Assembly: GCA_030066295.1 (NCBI GenBank)
Contig: JASJBX010000016.1
Coordinates: 1-27,788 of the forward strand
DNA length: 27,788 nt
Origin: Crocosphaera sp.
GTDB taxonomy: Bacteria; Cyanobacteriota; Cyanobacteriia; Cyanobacteriales; Microcystaceae
Direction of reading: 5' to 3'
Part shown: piece after piece, positions 7,789 to 14,190 of the stretch
How the letters are laid out: each line of letters starts with the position of its first letter
Numbering within the stretch: position 1 is the stretch's first letter
The notes under the pieces: generated by a model
Databases searched by the model: none
What the model saw: the letters and a program-made list of their open reading frames with translations, nothing else
What the model was told of the DNA's origin: nothing
Program-made: the position numbers and the translations under genes

Positions 7789-10515
7789 TTGCAGGAAAAA
7801 CCTGATAGAAAAGTAACCTTATCATCCAGTGTCATTACCTCACCTCCTCTCGTTAAACCTTGGGTGGATAGGTTAGAAGAAATGACCACTATTCAAAGTT
7901 GGATTGATGATGCTGACGTTAATTTAATCGGGATTGTTGGGTTAGGTGGAATCGGAAAATCTGCCTTGGTTGCTTATTTTTATAACAATTTTTTTAACAA
8001 AAACGTAGAAACGTTTCATGAAACGTTTCTACAAAACAAATTTTGGGCTGATGTTAGTTTAAATCCTGATTTTGCTGCTTTTGCTGAATCCATCATTAAG
8101 GGGTTATCAGGAACAGTAAATGCGACGGGTGACGTTAATATTTTAATTGCTGATTTATTCAGAATTTTACATAACAATCGTTGTTTATTAGTGGTGGATA
8201 ATATTGAAACTTTATTAGATGAATCAGGAGAATGGCAAAGCGAAAATTATGCTACATTTTTTCAGCGTTGGAAGCAACAAGGACACACCAGTATTTTATT
8301 GTTAACTACAAGGGATAAACCTAATCTCTATCGAGGAGACAATAATTGGTATTCTCTGGGACGTTTTACGGTTGATGAAGGTAAAACACTATTAAAAGGA
8401 TTACAAATTGAAGGAAGCGACCAAGACCTAGAAAATTTAGTTACTCAAATAGATGGTCATGCTTTGACCTTAAGATTAGTAGCATCATACCTCAAAGAAT
8501 ATTGTGATAGTCAACTAAATCAAGTGAAAGAATTGGGTTTAGATGAATTTGAGTTAATTTACAACGAAGCATCAGGACTCCATCGCAATAAAACCGATGC
8601 ACGATTATCATGGATATTAGAACAACATTTAGACCGTTTAAGCGAGAAAAAAAGACAATTTTTAGTTAATTTATCTGTCTATCGTCAACCCTTTGACGTA
8701 ACAGCAGCAACGGGAATGTATATCAATGCTAATTTTGCAGAAGGAGAGACAGAAGAAAACATCAAACCCATAGAAGTAAAAAAAGAATTACAAAATCTGC
8801 TCCATCGTTCCTTATTATCCCGTAGTAATAAAAAAGGTTATGAATGTCCCCTATTACTTAAACCCTATTTACAGAAAAAATATTCGGACTTAACTAACTG
8901 TCATCAAACAGCAATTAATTATTATTTATCTGTTGTTCCCCCCAAACCCTGGAAAACCCTGGATGAGATACAAGGATATTTAGAGATTTTTTATCATTAT
9001 TATCAACTCGGAGAATATGACACAGCGTTTGATTATTTACATGATATTGATCAGTTTATGACTTTCCAGGGATATTATCATCTTCTAGTAGAATATTATT
9101 CAGATTTAATCAGGGGATATAAGAAAAATAAAAAGAAAGATAATAGAAATTATGCACATTCACTTAATAACTTAGGTGATACTTACAATTTACTGGGACA
9201 ATATAAACAGGCCATAGAATACTTTCAACAGTCCTTAGCTATCTTTACAGAAATCGGCGATAGAGAAGGTGAAGCTCGTTCCTATACTAATTTGGGGAAT
9301 GCTTACAATTACTTAAAGAAATATCAACAAGCTATAGAATATTCTCAGCAGTCCTTAACTATTTATAAAGAAATTGGTGAGCATAAAAGCAAAGCGAATT
9401 GCTACAATAATTTAGGCATTACCTATGAATCTCTTAGAGACTATGAACAGTCTATTCAATACTACGAGAAGTCTTTAGCTATTGCAATTGAAACGGATAA
9501 CCCGAATATACAGGAAAAATCTTATAATAATTTGGGTTTAGTTTACAACTCTCTAGGAAAATATCAATCAGCGATAGAATACTATGAGAAGTCTTTAGCT
9601 ATCTGTACAGAATTAGGCGATCGTCCTGGTGAAGCTTCTTCTTATATTAATTTGGGTTCTACTTACTATGAATTGCAACAATATGAACAAGCAATAGAAT
9701 GCTATCAACATTCTTTAGCTATCGATATAGAAATTAACAATCATCTAGGTAAAGGTGATTCTTATCTTGGTTTAGGTAATGCTTATTATTCCCTGAAACA
9801 ATATGAAAAAGCGATACAATACCATCAACAGTATTTAGATATCTCTACAGACATTAGCAATCGCAACGGGGAAGCAATTGTCTATCATAAATTGGGTTCT
9901 GCTTACAATTCCCTGGGACAATATCAACAAGCAATAGAATACTATCAACAATCCTTAGCTATCAAAAAAGAAATCGGCAATAGAAAGGGTGAAGCAATTT
10001 CCTATAATAAATTGGGTTCTGCTTACAATTCCTTGGGACAATATCAACAAGCCATAGAATACCATCAATTTGCATTACAATTATTCCAACAATTAGGGAA
10101 TCCTCATGATATTATTAGCTGTCTTGAAAATTTAGGTAAGACTTATTTCTGCTTAAAACAATACTCCCAAGCAAGAGACTATTATCAAGCAACCCTAGAA
10201 ATTAAACGAAGATTAGAAGACAAAGAAGGAGAAGCAAGAACATTAATAACTCTCAGTAAAATCTATTCTGAAATGGGAAAAGTAAAAGAAGGTTATGCTT
10301 TATGTTTTCAAGGTAGTCAGATATTACAAGAATTAGATTTACCCCTCTCAGAAATGCCATATCCTCAGTGGTTCAAATCTTTGATACAATTTGGACAACA
10401 GAGTAAACTGCAACTGATTTTATGTTTTGTTTTTGGAATCATTGCTTTTCCCTTTGCTTTAGTGGGTTTTATTTTATTATTAATATGGAGAAGGATTAAA
10501 GGAATGATTGATTAG
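7789..10515 (+). CDS. NB-ARC (STAND/AP-ATPase, NLR-like) NTPase with about 10 TPR repeats and a C-terminal transmembrane helix
   Basis: Walker A: GIVGLGGIGKS (7939-7962 covers GLGGIGKS). Walker B-like: CLLVVDNIE. Also LLLTTRD and a GLPL-like IDGHALTL. Then about ten 40-aa TPR units (NLGxxYxxLGxYxxAIEYxxxSLAI...). The last ~30 aa are hydrophobic followed by RRIK. The track start is TTG at 7789. The only ATG before the P-loop is at 7882. The frame is open from 7741, so the true N-terminus may come from 7331 via the frameshift. Confidence 0.9.
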   Translation: MQEKPDRKVTLSSSVITSPPLVKPWVDRLEEMTTIQSWIDDADVNLIGIVGLGGIGKSALVAYFYNNFFNKNVETFHETFLQNKFWADVSLNPDFAAFAESIIKGLSGTVNATGDVNILIADLFRILHNNRCLLVVDNIETLLDESGEWQSENYATFFQRWKQQGHTSILLLTTRDKPNLYRGDNNWYSLGRFTVDEGKTLLKGLQIEGSDQDLENLVTQIDGHALTLRLVASYLKEYCDSQLNQVKELGLDEFELIYNEASGLHRNKTDARLSWILEQHLDRLSEKKRQFLVNLSVYRQPFDVTAATGMYINANFAEGETEENIKPIEVKKELQNLLHRSLLSRSNKKGYECPLLLKPYLQKKYSDLTNCHQTAINYYLSVVPPKPWKTLDEIQGYLEIFYHYYQLGEYDTAFDYLHDIDQFMTFQGYYHLLVEYYSDLIRGYKKNKKKDNRNYAHSLNNLGDTYNLLGQYKQAIEYFQQSLAIFTEIGDREGEARSYTNLGNAYNYLKKYQQAIEYSQQSLTIYKEIGEHKSKANCYNNLGITYESLRDYEQSIQYYEKSLAIAIETDNPNIQEKSYNNLGLVYNSLGKYQSAIEYYEKSLAICTELGDRPGEASSYINLGSTYYELQQYEQAIECYQHSLAIDIEINNHLGKGDSYLGLGNAYYSLKQYEKAIQYHQQYLDISTDISNRNGEAIVYHKLGSAYNSLGQYQQAIEYYQQSLAIKKEIGNRKGEAISYNKLGSAYNSLGQYQQAIEYHQFALQLFQQLGNPHDIISCLENLGKTYFCLKQYSQARDYYQATLEIKRRLEDKEGEARTLITLSKIYSEMGKVKEGYALCFQGSQILQELDLPLSEMPYPQWFKSLIQFGQQSKLQLILCFVFGIIAFPFALVGFILLLIWRRIKGMID
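9151..10354 (+). repeat. Array of about ten 120-nt (40-codon) TPR-encoding units with visible DNA-level periodicity
   Basis: Recurrent ...aatttgggt..gcttacaat..ctgggacaatatcaacaagc.atagaatac.atcaaca.tccttagctat... Units 9841-9960 and 9961-10080 are nearly identical over about 80 nt. Confidence 0.7.
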
Positions 10516-10697
10516 GGTTGAGGAATTTCTAAATCTCGGCAAATTTTGCGGACTAAAAACTCATTAATTTCTCGATGTCTTGGAATGGCTGACACTTTTT
10601 GAACTTTTCGATTAACATACATTGTATGATTTCCTCTTTCTCGAAGAAATTCGCATCTATTGACTTCTAAATGCTTAATTAAATCTCTTCTTTTCAT
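10512..10697 (-). CDS. hicA: HicA-family toxin (mRNA interferase)
   Basis: 61 aa with the pattern MKRRDLIKHLE.N.C.FLRERGNHTMY...S.IPRHREI...L.RKICRDLEIP, typical of cyanobacterial HicA/YcfA proteins. Its start overlaps the upstream hicB-like stop (ATGA). Confidence 0.75.
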   Translation of the reverse strand: MKRRDLIKHLEVNRCEFLRERGNHTMYVNRKVQKVSAIPRHREINEFLVRKICRDLEIPQP

Positions 10698-10912
10698 TAT
10701 CCCGATACAGTTAGGGTTTCTCTAATAACATCCATTCCTTGAATAGATTCTTCTGCTAACATTCGATTAGATTCTAATACTAACTCGATTGCTTCTAATA
10801 AATTACTTCTCGCTTCCTCTAGGGTTTTTCCTTGAGTGTTTGCACCTGGTAATTCTTCAACAAAAGCAATATAACCTTCTGGAACCTTTTGAAAAATTGC
10901 TGTTAACCGCAT
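10697..10912 (-). CDS. hicB: HicB-family antitoxin (short form, no DNA-binding domain)
   Basis: 71 aa, MRLTAIFQKVPEGYIAFVEELPGANTQGKTLEEARSNLLEAIELVLE, a HicB/UPF0150-like N-terminal fold pattern. Translationally coupled to hicA. Confidence 0.7.
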   Translation of the reverse strand: MRLTAIFQKVPEGYIAFVEELPGANTQGKTLEEARSNLLEAIELVLESNRMLAEESIQGMDVIRETLTVSG

Positions 10913-10996
10913 AAATGTACACTTTTATTTTTCTTAACCCATTATATCATAAAAATATATTAACCCACGCTGACTACGACAAGGAGAACTGGAAAA

Positions 10997-11119
10997 ATGA
11001 CCCTTACTTTTAATCGAGACACTTACGCAAATTTACTTGCTAAATATCAACCTAAAATTATCGAAACTGAAGAAGAAAACGAACAAGCGCACCACAAAGC
11101 GGATCTCTTTCTCCAATAA
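10997..11119 (+). pseudogene. Remnant of a HigA/XRE-type antitoxin gene (only about 31 N-terminal codons retained)
   Basis: AAGGAG (10981-10986) precedes the ATG at 10997. MTLTFNRDTYANLLAKYQPKIIETEEENEQA matches the conserved N-terminus I recall for cyanobacterial HigA-like HTH antitoxins. The reading then runs antisense into the hepT remnant and stops after 40 codons, before any HTH. Confidence 0.45.
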
Positions 11120-11255
11120 TAATGATTTGATATAAAACAGATGACTGGGTTTTTTCATCCTCTAAAAAATCATCTTGATTCATTTCTCTTGTAAAAGCTA
11201 AAATCAACCGACAAGCTTTAACTATATCTAAAATAATTTCTTTATCTCTTGACAT
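11058..11255 (-). pseudogene. hepT: Truncated HepT (DUF86/HEPN) toxin gene lacking the Rx4-6H catalytic motif
   Basis: MSRDKEIILDIVKACRLILAFTREMNQDDFLEDEKTQSSVLYQIIIIGE is the DUF86 N-terminal half, up to the conserved IIGE. The following 16 codons (RDPLCGALVRFLLQFR) are unrelated, and no RxxxxH motif is present. The start overlaps the mntA stop, as in intact MntA/HepT pairs. Confidence 0.6.
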
Positions 11256-11595
11256 AAATAACCTCATTATTATCTAAAATATTGTGACGACGAATCCAAT
11301 TATCACTTTTTTCTATGAATTTCTTTGTTACTATATCCACTGATCGATTTAATAACTTTGTAACTTCCTGTTCTAACGTTTCTAAATCTAAAAGACTTAT
11401 ATGATTGTTAGCTTCAAAACTAACCAAAATATCAATATCGCTGTTCAAGTTAAAATCATCCCGTAAAATTGAACCAAATAAAGCTAATTCAACAATTCCC
11501 CATTGATGACAAAATTGTTTAATTATTTCTAATTCAACCCCTAACCGTTCTTTTATTTTAGGATTAACTTCTAGTTGATAATTTACCTTGACCAT
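11242..11595 (-). CDS. mntA: MNT-type nucleotidyltransferase antitoxin (MntA)
   Basis: 117 aa with the nucleotidyltransferase signature LFGSILRDDFNLNSDIDILV (GS...D.D). Located immediately upstream of, and overlapping, the DUF86 gene. Confidence 0.8.
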   Translation of the reverse strand: MVKVNYQLEVNPKIKERLGVELEIIKQFCHQWGIVELALFGSILRDDFNLNSDIDILVSFEANNHISLLDLETLEQEVTKLLNRSVDIVTKKFIEKSDNWIRRHNILDNNEVIYVKR

Positions 11596-11657
11596 AATTT
11601 TTTAGTTCTCAAGATTAACGATTGTAGAAATCTAAGTCTGGATTAAGTTGGTGATAG

Positions 11658-11676
11658 GGCATAATATCATTATGCC
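11658..11676. promoter_or_regulatory. Perfect 8-3-8 palindrome GGCATAAT-ATC-ATTATGCC upstream of hicA; candidate operator
   Basis: Direct reading. The arms are exact reverse complements. The site lies 22 nt upstream of the hicA ATG (11698) and is flanked by -10-like CATAAT/TAGAAT hexamers. Confidence 0.5.
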
Positions 11677-11697
11677 TCCACATAACATAATAGAATA

Positions 11698-11919
11698 ATG
11701 CCGAAAAAAATTAGAGAATTAAAACAAATACTCAAAAAAGCAGGATTTAGCTATCAACCCGCAAAAGGAAGTCATACAAAATGGTCACATCCTCAACTAT
11801 CTAAATCCATTATTATTGCTGGAAAAGATGGAAGTGATGCTAAAATATATCTAGAAAAGCAAGTTATGGAAGCCATTGACATCTTACAAAAAATCAATCA
11901 AGAGGATAATAATCAATGA
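11698..11919 (+). CDS. hicA: HicA-family toxin
   Basis: 73 aa, MPKKIRELKQILKKAGFSYQPAKGSHTKWSHP... (the canonical HicA G-S-H core). Its stop overlaps the hicB start (ATGA at 11916-11919). Confidence 0.8.
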   Translation: MPKKIRELKQILKKAGFSYQPAKGSHTKWSHPQLSKSIIIAGKDGSDAKIYLEKQVMEAIDILQKINQEDNNQ

Positions 11920-12131
11920 AATACACTATTGTTATTCAATGGTCAGAAGAAGATCAATGTTTCGTTGTGTTTTTACCAGAATTTGAAAACGTGATGCAAC
12001 CGGTAACTCACGGAGAAACCTATCAAGAAGCTTTTAAGAATGCACAAGAAGTTTTAGAATTATTAGTAGATTCAGCCATCTCAGAAGGTCAACTATTACC
12101 CGAACCTAAACAACTCTTTGAAGTAGCATAA
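11916..12131 (+). CDS. hicB: HicB-family antitoxin (short form)
   Basis: 71 aa, MKYTIVIQWSEEDQCFVVFLPEF...THGETYQEAFKNAQEVLELLVDS, a typical HicB N-terminal domain. Confidence 0.8.
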   Translation: MKYTIVIQWSEEDQCFVVFLPEFENVMQPVTHGETYQEAFKNAQEVLELLVDSAISEGQLLPEPKQLFEVA

Positions 12132-12273
12132 TATTATTATGTTCCTACATAAGTGATCACTGAAAAAACTGTCACTATTGCCCCTCAAAACATAGCATTC
12201 AACCCCTAACATGGGAACAATCACCCCCTGATTAGCTAGTCTATAGGGTGAAACCATTACTAATATAAACGCT

Positions 12274-14190
12274 ATGACCACTATTCCCGAATATGCTAAC
12301 GTAACCGCCTTACCTGATATTTGGGCGATCGCAGCTAAAAAATTCCCCGATATCCTGGCATTGCACGATCCCCACAGTAAACCAGCCGTTAAACTCACCT
12401 TTACTCAGTTATACCAACAAATCGAACAATTTGCCTCTGGACTCCAAACCCTAGGGGTTGCCCCAGATGATAAAATTAGTTTGATTGCCGATAATAGTCC
12501 CCGTTGGTTCATCGCCGATCAAGGATCGATGTTAGCAGGGGCCGCCAATGCCGTGCGATCGGCACAAGCAGATAAGAACGAATTAGCTTATATTTTAAGA
12601 GATAGTGACAGTAGCACCCTCATCGTCGAAAATCAGAAAACCTTAGATAAACTACGCGCTTTCTGTGACGAAATACCCCTACAATTAATTATCCTACTCA
12701 GCGACGAAACCCCCAAAACAGACGATTCCATCAAAACCTTAAACTATACTCAACTGATGGAACAAGGGGCTAACCATAGCCTACAACCTGTGACCAAAAA
12801 TGATGATGATTTAGCTACCTTAATCTATACATCAGGAACCACCGGACAACCCAAAGGGGCTATGTTGTCTCATGGTAACTTACTGCATCAAATCAAAAAC
12901 TTAGATGCTGTCATCCAACCCCAAGCAGGGGATAGTGTTCTCAGTATCTTACCCTCTTGGCATTCCTACGAACGCAGCGCAGAATATTTTTTACTCTCCC
13001 AAGGATGCACCCTCATTTACACCAATATCCGCAACTTTAAGACCGATCTCAAGCGATTTAAACCTGAACACATGGTGGGAGTTCCTCGTCTGTGGGATTC
13101 CCTTTATGAAGGCATACAGAAGCAACTGAGAGAAAAAAGTCCCACCCAACAAAAAATCGTTCAATTTTTCTTCAACATTTCCCAAAACTGTATCTTGTCC
13201 CGACGCATCGCCAATAATATGAGTTTAGAACACTTCGATGCCTCAGCCATAGATCGGTTCATAGCCAAACTTAAAGCAGCCTTACTCGCCCCGTTGCACA
13301 GTTTAGGGGATAAATTGGTCTACAACAAAATTCGAGAGGGTTTAGGGGGGAATTTTGAAACCCTAGTCAGTGGTGGGGGTTCCCTGGCCAAACACTTAGA
13401 CGACTTCTACGAGATCATTAATGTCCCCGTCTTAGTGGGTTACGGCCTCACCGAAACCTCCCCCGTGGCCAACGCCCGGACCCATACCCATAACCTACGG
13501 GGGTCCTCCGGTCAACCTATTCCCCATACAGAAATTAAAATTGTGGATCTCGATACCGGTGAACCCCTTCCCCAAGGAAAACGAGGGGTGGTTCTCATTC
13601 GCGGCCCCCAAGTCATGCAAGGATACTATAAAAAACCCGAAGCAACGGCCAAAGCCATCGATCCCGAAGGATGGTTTGACAGTGGGGACTTAGGATGGAT
13701 CACCCCGATGAATGATTTAGTGATCACCGGACGGGCCAAAGACACCATCGTGTTGAATAACGGGGAAAATATTGAACCCCAACCCATCGAAGATGCTTGC
13801 ATTAGAAGTCCTTACATCGACCAAATGATGTTAGTGGGACAAGATCAAAAAGCCTTGGGGGCCTTGATTGTACCGAACTTAGACGCATTGCAAACATGGG
13901 GCAAAAACCAACAACTTAACCTTACCTTTCCCCCAGAAGATGCCAACAGAGAAGCGATCGTCAATAGCGATCTCTATGGAAAACCCGTTCAAGACTTATT
14001 TAAACAAGAATTGAACCGAGAAGTGAAAAATCGCCCCGGATACCGCGCAGATGACCAAATTAAAGCCTTTGAACTGATATTAGAACCCTTTTCCGCAGAA
14101 AATGGCATGATGACCCAAACCTTGAAAATCAAACGGCCTGTGGTCACGGAACGATATCGGGGTATGATCGACGGGATGTTTGAATCTTAA
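12274..14190 (+). CDS. aas: Long-chain acyl-ACP synthetase / AMP-dependent acyl-CoA-ligase family
   Basis: 638 aa. AMP-binding motif LIYTSGTTGQPKGAML, GYGLTETSP, GWFDSGDLG and a C-terminal TQTLKIKR. Size and N-terminus resemble cyanobacterial Aas (slr1609-type). The gene symbol is inferred by family resemblance only. Confidence 0.8.
   Translation: MTTIPEYANVTALPDIWAIAAKKFPDILALHDPHSKPAVKLTFTQLYQQIEQFASGLQTLGVAPDDKISLIADNSPRWFIADQGSMLAGAANAVRSAQADKNELAYILRDSDSSTLIVENQKTLDKLRAFCDEIPLQLIILLSDETPKTDDSIKTLNYTQLMEQGANHSLQPVTKNDDDLATLIYTSGTTGQPKGAMLSHGNLLHQIKNLDAVIQPQAGDSVLSILPSWHSYERSAEYFLLSQGCTLIYTNIRNFKTDLKRFKPEHMVGVPRLWDSLYEGIQKQLREKSPTQQKIVQFFFNISQNCILSRRIANNMSLEHFDASAIDRFIAKLKAALLAPLHSLGDKLVYNKIREGLGGNFETLVSGGGSLAKHLDDFYEIINVPVLVGYGLTETSPVANARTHTHNLRGSSGQPIPHTEIKIVDLDTGEPLPQGKRGVVLIRGPQVMQGYYKKPEATAKAIDPEGWFDSGDLGWITPMNDLVITGRAKDTIVLNNGENIEPQPIEDACIRSPYIDQMMLVGQDQKALGALIVPNLDALQTWGKNQQLNLTFPPEDANREAIVNSDLYGKPVQDLFKQELNREVKNRPGYRADDQIKAFELILEPFSAENGMMTQTLKIKRPVVTERYRGMIDGMFES

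Noticed and set aside
7789-7791. TTG as an independent start codon of the NB-ARC gene
   Set aside because: Not fully rejected, but doubtful. There is no SD-like sequence upstream and it is simply the first alternative start in the open frame. It would leave the STAND protein without an N-terminal domain. The frameshift or indel link to 7331 is an equally good or better explanation.
5600-10354. Regular DNA periodicity (about 126-nt WD40 units and 120-nt TPR units) considered as a possible CRISPR array or satellite
   Set aside because: The periodic units are in frame, translate to canonical WD40 and TPR repeats, and lack the identical short repeat / unique spacer structure of CRISPR.
11058-11267. 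The 69-aa minus-strand ORF taken as an intact gene
   Set aside because: Only the first ~50 residues look like DUF86. The tail is unrelated and the HEPN RxxxxH motif is missing, so it is called a truncated pseudogene instead.
12096-12398. 100-aa minus-strand ORF overlapping the hicB end and the aas start
   Set aside because: It overlaps two supported genes on the opposite strand. Its hydrophobic, low-complexity translation is typical of antisense shadows.
12905-13185. ORFs 12905..13129(+) and 12991..13185(-) within aas
   Set aside because: These are out-of-frame or antisense shadows within a motif-supported AMP-ligase gene.
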